Below, piece after piece: positions 17,588 to 27,042 of a stretch of DNA of 64,000 bases. Below the pieces are notes generated by a model that saw nothing but the letters and a program-made list of their open reading frames with translations, did no database searches and was not told the DNA's origin. The stretch covers positions 543,496 to 607,495 of the forward strand of contig CAWJBJ010000004.1 in assembly GCA_963841135.1 (NCBI GenBank), given 5' to 3'. The DNA comes from an uncultured Chloroflexia bacterium (lineage in GTDB: Bacteria; Chloroflexota; Limnocylindria; Limnocylindrales; CSP1-4). The number at the start of each line of letters is the position of its first letter. Position 1 is the stretch's first letter. The translations under genes and the position numbers were made by a program.

Positions 17588-17624
17588 GTCGGACGCATCT
17601 TGCGCCCGACCCGATTTTCCTGCG

Positions 17625-20558
17625 TCAGTCGATCAGGTGGCTCGGCGGGTCCACCGGCGTCGGGGCCTGCAGCGAGAACTCGGCGGCGAGGGCGAGGCCT
17701 TCCGCGGCGGTGGCGATCTTGTCGCGGCCGCCGCGCTTGGCGACGAAGCAGGCGCGGTCGGCGGCCAGCAGCACCGAGGCGGCGGTGTCCCCGTCGTCCG
17801 GGAACGTGGCGATCCCGATCGAGGCCGTCACGCTGCGACCCGTGGCCCGGACCGCCTGGCCCGCCCGCTCCGCGACCAGGCGCGCGCCGGCGGCATCGGT
17901 GCCGGGCAGCAGGAAGGAGAACTCGTCGCCGCCGTAGCGGAAGATCTGGTCGGAGTCGCGCCCGGCGCGCACGAGCTCGGTGGCGATCTCGCGCAGGAGC
18001 TGGTCGCCGGCCTGGTGTCCCAGCGAGTTGTTGACGTCGCGGAAGTCGTCTAGGTCGAGCATGATCAGGCTGAACGGGCTGCCCGCATGGACGCTGAGCT
18101 CCAGCCGGTTCTCGAACGTCCCGTGGTTGAGCAGGCCGGTCAGGTCGTCGGTCTGCGCGCGGAGCTCCACGGCCTCGAAGACCTCGGCGTTCTGCAGCGC
18201 GATGGAGACCTGGGCCGCGAACAGCTGGACCAGCTCGAACTCGTCGTCCGAGAACGCGTTGCCGAGGCCGAGGCGCTCGATCGTCAGGACCCCGATCGCG
18301 CCCTCGCGGCCCCGGAGCGGGACGACGATCAGGCTGCCGTCCTGGACGCTGACATCCTGGTCGCGGAAGTGGTTGACGCGCGGGTCGTTGCGCGAGTCGG
18401 GGATGTAGGTCGGCTCGTTGTGGTCGACGACCCAGGTCGCGATCCCTGTCTCGCCGGGCTCCCACGGTTCGAGGTAGCTGTCGGCGTGGACGCCACGGGC
18501 CGTCAGGGGCGTCAGCAGGCGGGTGTGCGGGTCGACGACCTCGATGGCGATGTTGTCGCACTCGATCAGGCGGAGCAGCCGCTCGGTGATGCTGTCGAGG
18601 ACGGCGCGGCCGTCGAGCGTGGTCAGGATCGATTCGGTGATCTGGAGGAGCTCGCGCTGGCTCTGGACCTGCCGCTCGAGCGCGGCACTCTGCTCGCGCA
18701 GCCGCGCGGTCGTGTCGGCGGTGGCCATCGCCTGGGCGGCAAAGCTCCCGTAGATGACCAGGAGGCGCAGGTCGTCGTCCGTGAACTGGTCGAGCCCGAG
18801 CTTGGAGAGGACGAGGACGCCGAGGACGCGGTCGTCGAAGATCATCGGGGCCAGGAGCATGGACTCGTCGAGGTCCTCCTCCGTGCCCGGGATCGTGTCC
18901 GCGCGCGGGTCCTTCGCTGCGTCGCCGAGGTTCTGGGCGACCCCGTGCTCGGCGACCCAGCCGGTGATGCCCTCGCCGACCGAGACGCGCAGCATGTCCA
19001 TGGTCTCATCGACGTATTCGCCGACCTGGCCCTTCATCGCGACGGGGATGAGGTCGTTCCCCATGAGCCGGTACACGCGGACGTTGTGGTAGTCGATGAT
19101 CTGGCGCAGCTCGGTGGCGATGGCCATCCCGATGTCGTGGACGCTCGAGAGCCGGTTCAGCCGCGTGCCGAGCTGCTGGATCGATCCGAGCTGGGCCGCC
19201 CACGTGGCCATGCGCTCGAAGTCCTGCGCGGCCCGGATCGCGACGCTGGCCTGGGTCGCGAGCGCGGCCATCGTCTCGAGGTCGTCCTCGGACCAGGCGT
19301 GCGCGCGGTCGTGATAGACGTTCAACAGCCCGAGCAGCTCCGCCCCGTCGAAGAGCGGCGCCGTGCAGATGGTGTCGAACCCTTCCTGGATGGCGGCCGC
19401 GCGGACATCCAGCCCACGCGGATCGTTGGCGTAGTCGACGGCGAACATCGGACGCCGCTCCGCCACCGCGAGCGTCGGCAGCGAGCGCCTCGGGAAGTCC
19501 CGCACGCTCCCCAGGTAGCTCGCTGACAGGTTCCGGCTCACCTCCGCGACGGCCGTCCCACCCGGTCGTTGCAGGAAGACCGCGGCGCGATCTGCCTCGA
19601 ACAGCACCATCGCGTGATCGACCAGGCCGGACAGGATCCGATCGAGATCGAGCCGGCTCCCGATGTCACCCGCGACGCGGTGGAGCGCTTCTGCGCGATG
19701 GAGCTGGTGGGCGACCTCGTCGCGTCGGCGCGCCACCGAGACGAGCGTGCCGATGGCGTTGGCGACGACGGAGGCCACCTCGCCGTCTCGCTCGCTGATG
19801 GTGCCGGTGGCCTCGCCGACGACGTGCAGGACGCCCCACGCCCCGCCGAGCGACGGGATGACCGCGGCCAGCTCGGGGCGCTCGCCCGACAGGATCGCGA
19901 GCGGTGCGCCCAGCTCATCGATGCCGGTCGAGGCGCGTCCGTGACCTAGTTCGGACGGGTCGTCCGGGAGGGCTGCGGCAGCGAGGGCCGCGCCCAGCAC
20001 GCCGAAGCCGCGAGGGCGTTCACCGAGCCGCGCGACCTGGCCTGTCGGATCATGCGCGACCGCGCGGGGGACGAGCCGATCGTCGCGCAATTCCCAGATC
20101 GCGACGAGGTGGTGGTCGTAGGCGTCGCGAAGCAGCCGGACGGCGCTGGCGAGGTCGTCGTCGAGCTCGTCGGGCTCCGCGGTCAGTCGGGTGATCGCGT
20201 CGATGAGCGACAGGTCGATGGCATACCGCTCGCCCCGGTGCGGCTCGGCCGACTGACGGCCACCGTCCGCGCGGCGATCCAGGGACGACGGGAGCGCGTG
20301 GAGCATCCGCCGCCCGCCGAGACCCGCGGCCGTGGGCGGACCGGCCGGCTCGGCAGGGCCGAACTCGGCCGCCGCGAGGAAGCGCTGGAGATCGCCCATG
20401 CGGTACCGCCGATCGCCGCGCGGATTGATCCGGTAATAGCGCAGCCGGCCGGCATCGCTCCACGCGCGAACGGTGTTCGGGTGCACGCCGAGCAGGCGGG
20501 CCGCCTTCGTGACGGTCAGCGTGGCATCGATCGGGCGGGACGGAAGGGTCGTACTCAC
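17625..20558 (-). CDS. HTH (MerR/excisionase-type)-GAF-GAF-GAF-GGDEF diguanylate cyclase
   Basis: 977 aa, uninterrupted. N-terminal LTVTKAARLLGVHPNTVRAWSDAGRL, repeated GAF-like segments, and C-terminal RYGGDEF with RDSD (RxxD I-site) 5 residues upstream. Confidence 0.9.
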   Translation of the reverse strand: MSTTLPSRPIDATLTVTKAARLLGVHPNTVRAWSDAGRLRYYRINPRGDRRYRMGDLQRFLAAAEFGPAEPAGPPTAAGLGGRRMLHALPSSLDRRADGGRQSAEPHRGERYAIDLSLIDAITRLTAEPDELDDDLASAVRLLRDAYDHHLVAIWELRDDRLVPRAVAHDPTGQVARLGERPRGFGVLGAALAAAALPDDPSELGHGRASTGIDELGAPLAILSGERPELAAVIPSLGGAWGVLHVVGEATGTISERDGEVASVVANAIGTLVSVARRRDEVAHQLHRAEALHRVAGDIGSRLDLDRILSGLVDHAMVLFEADRAAVFLQRPGGTAVAEVSRNLSASYLGSVRDFPRRSLPTLAVAERRPMFAVDYANDPRGLDVRAAAIQEGFDTICTAPLFDGAELLGLLNVYHDRAHAWSEDDLETMAALATQASVAIRAAQDFERMATWAAQLGSIQQLGTRLNRLSSVHDIGMAIATELRQIIDYHNVRVYRLMGNDLIPVAMKGQVGEYVDETMDMLRVSVGEGITGWVAEHGVAQNLGDAAKDPRADTIPGTEEDLDESMLLAPMIFDDRVLGVLVLSKLGLDQFTDDDLRLLVIYGSFAAQAMATADTTARLREQSAALERQVQSQRELLQITESILTTLDGRAVLDSITERLLRLIECDNIAIEVVDPHTRLLTPLTARGVHADSYLEPWEPGETGIATWVVDHNEPTYIPDSRNDPRVNHFRDQDVSVQDGSLIVVPLRGREGAIGVLTIERLGLGNAFSDDEFELVQLFAAQVSIALQNAEVFEAVELRAQTDDLTGLLNHGTFENRLELSVHAGSPFSLIMLDLDDFRDVNNSLGHQAGDQLLREIATELVRAGRDSDQIFRYGGDEFSFLLPGTDAAGARLVAERAGQAVRATGRSVTASIGIATFPDDGDTAASVLLAADRACFVAKRGGRDKIATAAEGLALAAEFSLQAPTPVDPPSHLID

Positions 20559-20684
20559 GGCTCGTCTGGGAGGAAATGTGAACTCGAAGGTCAGAGCCTA
20601 CCAATCTCACAGTTCTTGCCAATAGTCCGATGGTCCCGGGGCGGCATGGAGGCACCAGCCCGAGGACGCAAGGCCTCGAGCGCG

Positions 20685-20951
20685 TCAGGCCCGGCGTCCG
20701 CCGGTGAACCGGATGTACACGAGCGTGATCACGAGCGTCGCGATCCCGATGGCCAGCACGGCGAGGATCGCGAACGCCGGGTCGCCGACGAGCCCGGGGC
20801 CTTGACCGGAGCTGCGCGGGTCGCCGCCGGGTCCGGGTGTCGGCGAGGCGCCGAGCACCGGCCCGGCCGCCATCGACCAGGCGAGCAGCCAGAGCCCCGC
20901 CACAAGCGCTCGCGCAGCAGCGAGCCGGACGCCCGCGGTCCGACGCGGCAT
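20685..20951 (-). CDS. small secreted/membrane-anchored protein
   Basis: Start at MPRRTAG (TGATG overlap with the upstream gene). Signal-like N-terminus, Gly/Pro linker and a C-terminal TM helix. Confidence 0.4.
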   Translation of the reverse strand: MPRRTAGVRLAAARALVAGLWLLAWSMAAGPVLGASPTPGPGGDPRSSGQGPGLVGDPAFAILAVLAIGIATLVITLVYIRFTGGRRA

Positions 20952-21688
20952 CAGGCGATCGCCCCGACCAGCGTCCACGCCAGCGCCAGGGTGATCAGGA
21001 TGAGTCCGCCGGCCAGGCAGACGGCCGCGACGAGTGGACGACGCGAGCCCGAACCGGCCAGGACACGCATCGCCTCGTCGCGCTCGAGCGTGGTCAGGAC
21101 GAGCGGCCGGCCCATGCCCGCGGTCATGCGCGGACCTCCGTCGGGTCCGACGGTCGGGACACCGAGGACCATGGCGTGCTCGACCGTCGAGACCTGCTCG
21201 ACGAGCAGGCGCATCGGCCTGGTGGGCAACGTCCCTACGGGCACGCGGTCCGCGGCGTCTGCCGCGGTCCCGATCGACTCACGCGGGATGACGACCAGGC
21301 CGGCATCGAGCGCGTTGGCGTCCACGGCGATCGCATCGAGGCCGTCGCGGATCGAGAACGGGACGGCCTCGCGACGATCTTCGAACGCGCGCCAGCCGCG
21401 TCCGTCGCGCAGCTGCAGGCGGGTCCGGCGCAGGACCAGCGGGCGATGGGCGTCGTCCTCGAACTCGTCTTCGGCGTCGAGGCGGCCGGCGATCCGCACG
21501 TAGCGCGCCTGCCCCGCGCTCAACGCCACGGCATCCGCGACGGTCACCGACGGCGTGCTCGCGAGCAGGCGACCGATCCGGAAGTTGGGACCGAAGGAGC
21601 TGAGCACGATCCACCCGGCGACAAGCGCGACGAGGCCGGCGGCCAGGAGGAGCAGGGGGGTCACGGCGGCGATGATAGCGCCGCGCAC
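20951..21688 (-). CDS. two-TM membrane protein (GIDE-like architecture), unknown function
   Basis: 245 aa with N- and C-terminal TM helices flanking a soluble domain. No motif assignable. Confidence 0.5.
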   Translation of the reverse strand: MRGAIIAAVTPLLLLAAGLVALVAGWIVLSSFGPNFRIGRLLASTPSVTVADAVALSAGQARYVRIAGRLDAEDEFEDDAHRPLVLRRTRLQLRDGRGWRAFEDRREAVPFSIRDGLDAIAVDANALDAGLVVIPRESIGTAADAADRVPVGTLPTRPMRLLVEQVSTVEHAMVLGVPTVGPDGGPRMTAGMGRPLVLTTLERDEAMRVLAGSGSRRPLVAAVCLAGGLILITLALAWTLVGAIA

Positions 21689-21867
21689 GAAATGGCCCGA
21701 AGGAACCTACCCGACACGTGGGCGTTGATGCGATCGCCGCCGTTAGTGTCGCTCGACCCCTCCGGGCTGGGTCGAACGGTACGGCCGCCGCGGGCAGGCG
21801 CGCAATGGGTCCTGTCCACCGTTTCGACGCTGATCCGGGAGGTTATCCACCGGTCGTCCACATCGGC

Positions 21868-22440
21868 TCAAGCAGCGGACCGGCCCGTCGATGGATCCAA
21901 CGAGTTGAGCTGTCCCGCATATCCGGTCAGCATCAGGCGCCCGCCGACCAGCTCCGCCCCGACGACGACGTCGGAGTGCGCCACGCGCCAGGCGACGGTG
22001 CCGTCGGGCTCGATCGCGAAGGTCTCCAGCTCCGCCTGCACGATCACATGAGCCAAACGGGACGATCCGAGCAGCGCCACGATCGGCGTCCCCGAGCGGT
22101 GATCCCAGCGGGCGTCGCCCGTGGCGACGTCGAGCCCGAAGGTGTGGAAGCCGTAGGTGACGACGAGCAGCCCCTCGGAGTCGAGGTGCACGGCGCGCGG
22201 CTCGTCGCTGATCGTCGAGGCGAATCGCGCGGTCCACGCGCCACGCGGCCCTTCGAGCCGCAGCTCGGCGCGACACAGGGGTTCCGGATCCTCGGCGACG
22301 CGTGTCCCGAGCTCGACCAGCCGGCCGCCGACCTCGGAGAGGGCGAAGACCGCCGCCCCTTCACCGCTGCCCGCCCACCGCCAGCGTGCGCGCAGGCCGC
22401 CCGGGTACGTGACGGTCGCGTTGCGCGGTTCGGCGCTCAC
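21868..22440 (-). CDS. hypothetical protein, beta-propeller/PQQ-like repeat character
   Basis: 190 aa, uninterrupted, with a repeated G..W beta-strand pattern (DARWDHR, GTVAWRV). Weak assignment. Confidence 0.45.
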   Translation of the reverse strand: MSAEPRNATVTYPGGLRARWRWAGSGEGAAVFALSEVGGRLVELGTRVAEDPEPLCRAELRLEGPRGAWTARFASTISDEPRAVHLDSEGLLVVTYGFHTFGLDVATGDARWDHRSGTPIVALLGSSRLAHVIVQAELETFAIEPDGTVAWRVAHSDVVVGAELVGGRLMLTGYAGQLNSLDPSTGRSAA

Positions 22441-23036
22441 GCGCTCGGGGCAGCCTCGGCCTCGACGTCGACCGCCGCGCGCTCCTCGGCGATCGGGGCG
22501 ACCGTCGCGTTGGCGAGGTTCCGCAGGGTGCCGGGCGGGACCGGGAAGACCGCGGTCGGCAGACCGGCGGCGGCCCAGACCACGGGATACCGGCCGAGCG
22601 CCGGGTCCATGACCACGCGGAGGGATCGGGCGTGACCGATCGGCGGGATGCCGCCGATCACGAACCCGGTCAACTCGTTCGCCTCGCGCGCCGTGGCGCG
22701 GCGGATGTCGCCTTCGCCCGTGACGGCGGCGAGCCGGGCAACGTCCACCCGGTCCGGGCCCGAGACGAGGGCGAGGATCGGCTCCAGCCCGTCATCACCG
22801 GGCGCCACGAAGACGAGCGACTTGACGATCTGGCCGAGCTCCGCGCCGACGGCCGCCGCGGCTTCCTGGGCCGTGTGGGTCGACTCGTCGAAGATCGTGA
22901 CCTCCAGCTCGACGCCCTTGCGCACGGCCGCGTCGATGACGCGCCGGATCGCTGGGTGGTCGACGGGGTCGGGCACGGCGCGGAGTCTAGCATCGGCGAC
23001 GAGCGTGGTCGGCGGGTCGCGTAGCATCGGGACCAT
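22437..23036 (-). CDS. YbaK/EbsC-type aminoacyl-tRNA deacylase domain protein
   Basis: Contains IVKSLVF, LALVSGPDRVD and FVIGGIPPIGH. Start at ATG 23036 or 23027; the upstream part of the ORF is antisense to the TPK gene. Confidence 0.75.
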   Translation of the reverse strand: MVPMLRDPPTTLVADARLRAVPDPVDHPAIRRVIDAAVRKGVELEVTIFDESTHTAQEAAAAVGAELGQIVKSLVFVAPGDDGLEPILALVSGPDRVDVARLAAVTGEGDIRRATAREANELTGFVIGGIPPIGHARSLRVVMDPALGRYPVVWAAAGLPTAVFPVPPGTLRNLANATVAPIAEERAAVDVEAEAAPSA

Positions 23037-23721
23037 GCAGGCGATCGTGTTGGCCGATGGCGACGTCGCGCCTCGCGCGCGGATCGACGCGGCATGGCCG
23101 GGCTGGGCCGACCCGGCCGCCCTCGTCATCGCCGCTGACGGCGGAGCCCGGCACGCCGCGCCGCTCGGTCTGCGACCCGCGATCTGGGTCGGCGACGGCG
23201 ACTCGGTCGACCCGGCGGAGCTCGAGCGACTAGCCGCCGGTGGCACGGAGATCCGCCGCGTGGCGACGGCCAAGGACGAATCGGACACGGAGCTGGCACT
23301 CCTCGCCGCCATCGATGGCGGGGCGGACGACCTCGTCCTCCTCGGCGCGCTGGGCGGCTCACGCGTCGATCACGCCCTGGCCAACGTCGGCCTGCTCGCC
23401 CATCCCGGGCTCGCCGGTCGCCGGGCGGTCCTGCTCGATGCCGGGGCGCGGGTGTCGTTCCTGCGGGCGCCGACCGCCGACGGATCTCCCGTCCATCGCG
23501 ACCTCTCGGGCCGGATCGGCGACCTGGTCAGCCTCCTGGCGCTCGGCGATGGCGTCGAGGGGGTCACGACGAGCGGGCTCGTCTACCCGCTGGCCGACGA
23601 GCCGTTGCCGATCGGTCCCGCGCGCGGGCTCTCGAACGTTCGCGAGCGGATCGACGCGGCGGTGACGGTGCGGCGCGGGACGCTGCTCATCGTCGAGTCG
23701 CCTGCTACGCTCCCGCCATGA
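23035..23721 (+). CDS. thiamine pyrophosphokinase
   Basis: Contains GDGDS, KDESDTELAL and GALGGRVDH-like motifs plus a C-terminal thiamin-binding beta domain. 228 aa. Confidence 0.8.
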   Translation: MQAIVLADGDVAPRARIDAAWPGWADPAALVIAADGGARHAAPLGLRPAIWVGDGDSVDPAELERLAAGGTEIRRVATAKDESDTELALLAAIDGGADDLVLLGALGGSRVDHALANVGLLAHPGLAGRRAVLLDAGARVSFLRAPTADGSPVHRDLSGRIGDLVSLLALGDGVEGVTTSGLVYPLADEPLPIGPARGLSNVRERIDAAVTVRRGTLLIVESPATLPP

Positions 23722-24203
23722 GCATCCCCGAGCCTGGCGACCTCGCGCCCGAGATCGCCCTCCCCGATGAGACGGGCGCCGTGCATCGGCTCGCAGACCA
23801 GCGCGGTCGGTGGACGATCCTCTACTTCTACCCGACCGACGACACGCCCGGCTGCACCGTCGAGGCATGCGAGTTCCGCGACGCCAACGAGACGATCCAC
23901 GAGCGTGGTGCCGACGTCTGGGGCGTGAGCCCGCAGAGCGCCCCCAGCAAGAAGGCGTTCCGCGAGAAGTTCGACCTGCCCTTCACGCTCCTCGCCGACG
24001 AGGCCCACGCCGCCGCCGAGGCGTACGGGTCGTGGGTGGAGAAGAAGAACTACGGCAAGACATACATGGGCACCGCCCGCCGGACGTTCCTCGTCGACCC
24101 GGACGGTCGGGTCGCGAAGACCTGGGAGAAGGTGAAGCCCGAGGGGCACGCCGCCGACGTGCTCGCGTCGCTCGACACGCTCCAGGCGGCGCGGGCCGGG
24201 TGA
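23718..24203 (+). CDS. bcp: thioredoxin-dependent thiol peroxidase (peroxiredoxin Bcp)
   Basis: FYPTDDTPGCTVEAC peroxidatic Cys motif. 161 aa. ATGA overlap with the upstream gene. Confidence 0.9.
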   Translation: MSIPEPGDLAPEIALPDETGAVHRLADQRGRWTILYFYPTDDTPGCTVEACEFRDANETIHERGADVWGVSPQSAPSKKAFREKFDLPFTLLADEAHAAAEAYGSWVEKKNYGKTYMGTARRTFLVDPDGRVAKTWEKVKPEGHAADVLASLDTLQAARAG

Positions 24204-25081
24204 GCGAGCCGGGCGCACAAGAGGCTTCGCTCGTGGGGGGAGACGAGCGAAGCCTCGGCCGGAAGGGTACTGCCGGGCAGGAACCCGTGCAAGACGATGG
24301 TGCAGGGTCCGCGACCGCGACGACGGCCGGGTCGACCGCCGCTCCGACTCCGCACGACTGGCGACCGTCGCGGTTCATGCTGATCGCGGCGCACCCCGAC
24401 GACGCCGAGTTCGGGCCGGCGGGGACGGCGGCGCGCTGGATCGCCGAGGGTTCAGAGGGTTGGCTGGTGTGCTGCACCAGCGGCGACCAGGGCGGCGAGG
24501 ACCCCGACGCGGATCCGCTGGTCCTCTCGGCCCTGCGCGAGACCGAGCAACGTGCCGCGGCGACGATCATCGGGTACGCCGGCGTCTCGTTCCTGCACCA
24601 ACCCGACGGCGCCCTCGCCAATGACCTCGCCCTCCGCGAGCTCCTCGTCCGCGAGATCCGGACGTTCCGGCCCGACGCCGTCCTGGCGACGGATCCCGAG
24701 GCCCTCTTCTACCGCGATGGCGGCGTCAACCACACCGACCATCGCGCGGCCGGCTTCGCTGCCGTGGACGCCGTGTATCCGGCGGCCCGGAATCCGATGG
24801 CGTTCCCGTGGCTCGCGAGGAACGGGCTGGCTGCCCACCGGGTGCGGCGCCTGTACCTCTTCTGGTCCAACCAGCCGACGGTCTGGGTCGACGTGTCGTC
24901 GACCATCGAACGCAAGCTCACCGCCCTCGCGGCCCATGCCAGCCAGATCAGCGATCCCGAGGGCCTCGGGACGCGCATCCGCGAGTGGGCGGCCGAGGAG
25001 GGCCTGCCGATCGGCGCGGCGGCCGCGGAGGCTCTCCGCGTCGTGGTGATCGACGACGACGAGGACGAAGGGCCGAGCTGA
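24200..25081 (+). CDS. PIG-L/LmbE family deacetylase
   Basis: Contains AHPDDAEFG and HTDH motifs. Start is either the GTG overlapping the bcp stop (GTGA) or ATG 24377. Confidence 0.8.
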   Translation: MSEPGAQEASLVGGDERSLGRKGTAGQEPVQDDGAGSATATTAGSTAAPTPHDWRPSRFMLIAAHPDDAEFGPAGTAARWIAEGSEGWLVCCTSGDQGGEDPDADPLVLSALRETEQRAAATIIGYAGVSFLHQPDGALANDLALRELLVREIRTFRPDAVLATDPEALFYRDGGVNHTDHRAAGFAAVDAVYPAARNPMAFPWLARNGLAAHRVRRLYLFWSNQPTVWVDVSSTIERKLTALAAHASQISDPEGLGTRIREWAAEEGLPIGAAAAEALRVVVIDDDEDEGPS

Positions 25082-25102
25082 CGCGATCGCGCCGACGAGC
25101 GG

Positions 25103-26881
25103 TCAGGCGCCCTCGAGCAGCAGCGGCCGGAGGGTTCCCCAGTCGTTCCACAGCTCGGCCAGGCCATCGGCCCGACGGCCGAGGAGCGCGATCAGGTCGG
25201 AGAGGCTGAGGTCCCCGGCCGTCCCGGCGAGGTGCTCGTCGGCGGCGACGGTCAGCTCGCTGTAGAGCGCGGCCATCTCCGGCTCGGTCGGCCATTGACG
25301 GATCCGCATCGGATCGAGTCCGGCGTAGCCCATCGCCATCGAGAGCTCGCGTTGCGTGGGGACGCGTTCGTCGACGAAGCCGCCGAGCCCGTCGAACCGA
25401 TGGCCCAGCGACGCAAGCGCCTGTGCGATCTCCCGATCCTGGACCAGGGTGAAGAGGCCCCAGAACGGATGGTTGGCTGGGAACTCGAGCGAGCCAGACT
25501 CGATGCTGACGGAGACGATCGCGTCGACCAGCTGCGTGAGGTTCGCCTGCCAGCGCCGGGCCGCGGCGGGGTCGTCGCGGGACAGTCGCGCCACGAGCGC
25601 GGTCAACGTTTCTCGATCACCACGCAGGAGGCGGAAGATCGTCGGCGTGCCACCCGCGGACAGCGCCGCGGCCAGGGGCTCGTCCTCGTCGATCGAACCG
25701 GTCGGGCGTTCGGTCCAGGGCGCCTGCTGCGCCGGTTCGGCGATGTCCGCGGCGGCGCCCTCGTCGCATTCCGCGAGGGCCTGGCGGGCGACGAGGCACG
25801 CGGCCTCAGCGGCCTCCGCGGCGATCCTCGCGGCGTCGGCCTCGCGAGTCAGGTGGTCGAGCCCGGCCCCGATGGCCGTGGCCGCGGCCCGTTCTCGTTT
25901 CGCGGTGATCGCCGCGTTTCGCGCCGTGTTGTTGACCTCGTTGATGTCGACGAGCCAGTCCCGGGCCGCGGCTTCGGCCTCCTCGGTCGACTTCGACCCG
26001 TTGTAGGCGCTCCGGAACCGGGCCTGGGCGGCCTCCTTTTCGCGGCGGACCGCGCGTTGGTCCGCGACCGCTGCCGCGGCGTCGGCCGCGGTCATGTGGT
26101 TGTCGTAGGTCCGCTGGGCCGCCCGCAGCGCATCGGCTGACTCGGTCGCGCGGCGGCGTGCCCCGACCGCGAACCCGCAGCGCTCGGCCGCGACCCGTCG
26201 CTCGGCAGCACACCGGTCGGTCGCGTCCGGCGCCGTCCCGACGGCTCCGCCCGAGCCCGATCCGCCCGACCCGCCGCCACCCGACCCGCCGCCACCGGAG
26301 GCGCCACCACCGCGGCCCCCGGCCCCGCTGGCGCCGCCGACGAAGAGGCCGGCGTCGTTCCTCGGACCGCGATCCGGATCCCCCGAGGCCACCACCGAGG
26401 CCACGGTCGTCGGGACCAGGATCCGCCCGTTCGCGCGCAGTGCAAGAAGCATCGGATCGTCGCCGCCGTCGATGGAGATGCCGACCATCGTGCCCGGGCC
26501 GGCGTCGCCGCGCGGATCGGTCAGGCGGAACGCAGGCTCCATCGTCCGCCCGAGCCGCGGCCAGCTCGCGTCGCCCGCGTCACCGTCATCGAGAGGGCGG
26601 CGGGACCGAACGGCCGTTCGATGATCCAAGCTTCCGCCGGCCGTCGGCGGCTCGTCCGCGGCGTGATCGCCGGGACCGACGCGGGCCGAGTCTGGGCCGG
26701 TCGCGACGAACGCATCGTCCGACAAGGTCACCGAGCGGCGCGGGATGGCGTCCTGGGCAACGACGACTCGGACCTCTCTGCGAGCGGGCGGGCGGGCCCG
26801 CAGGACCACGATCAGGGCGGCGCCGGCCGCGACGCCAAGGGCCAGGCCAAGGGCCAGGAAGGCGAACTCTGTGGCACTCAC
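25103..26881 (-). CDS. membrane-anchored hypothetical protein with a Gly/Ser tract and an Ala/Arg/Glu-rich helical region
   Basis: 592 aa, uninterrupted. N-terminal TM helix, GGASGAGGRGGGASGGGGSGGGGSGGSGSGG (26246-26338), a coiled-coil-like middle and a globular C-terminus. No recognisable motif. Confidence 0.6.
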   Translation of the reverse strand: MSATEFAFLALGLALGVAAGAALIVVLRARPPARREVRVVVAQDAIPRRSVTLSDDAFVATGPDSARVGPGDHAADEPPTAGGSLDHRTAVRSRRPLDDGDAGDASWPRLGRTMEPAFRLTDPRGDAGPGTMVGISIDGGDDPMLLALRANGRILVPTTVASVVASGDPDRGPRNDAGLFVGGASGAGGRGGGASGGGGSGGGGSGGSGSGGAVGTAPDATDRCAAERRVAAERCGFAVGARRRATESADALRAAQRTYDNHMTAADAAAAVADQRAVRREKEAAQARFRSAYNGSKSTEEAEAAARDWLVDINEVNNTARNAAITAKRERAAATAIGAGLDHLTREADAARIAAEAAEAACLVARQALAECDEGAAADIAEPAQQAPWTERPTGSIDEDEPLAAALSAGGTPTIFRLLRGDRETLTALVARLSRDDPAAARRWQANLTQLVDAIVSVSIESGSLEFPANHPFWGLFTLVQDREIAQALASLGHRFDGLGGFVDERVPTQRELSMAMGYAGLDPMRIRQWPTEPEMAALYSELTVAADEHLAGTAGDLSLSDLIALLGRRADGLAELWNDWGTLRPLLLEGA

Positions 26882-27012
26882 GCTGTCCGCATCGGTCGCA
26901 GTCGGACCCCTTCGGATCGACGGATACCCCGTCGCAGCGTAGCTGCGAGCGCTGCGAGCGTCAAATCCGCGGAACGCGGCGCCGATGGCCCTCGGCCCGC
27001 CCGCCGCGGGTT

Positions 27013-27042
27013 TTGCAGGTCCCGAGACCCGGATGGTAGATT
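27013..27042 (+). promoter_or_regulatory. candidate promoter TTGCAG-N18-(TGg)TAGATT for the Rieske/b6 operon
   Basis: The only TANNNT element with an upstream TTGCA in the 150-bp divergent region. If it is used, the first gene starts downstream of it (TTG 27126). Confidence 0.3.

Noticed and set aside
16370-18034. 554-aa plus-strand ORF
   Set aside because: It is antisense to the amidotransferase, LysM and GGDEF genes, and is an Arg-rich low-complexity translation.
20571-20583. GGGAGGAAATGTGA start-stop mini-ORF on the plus strand
   Set aside because: There is no plus-strand gene downstream for it to regulate. It lies in the promoter region of the minus-strand GGDEF gene and is probably coincidental.
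26246-26338. Short tandem GC-rich repeats, considered as a possible repeat array
   Set aside because: They lie in frame inside a long ORF and encode a Gly/Ser linker. There are no spacers and no repeat-spacer periodicity.
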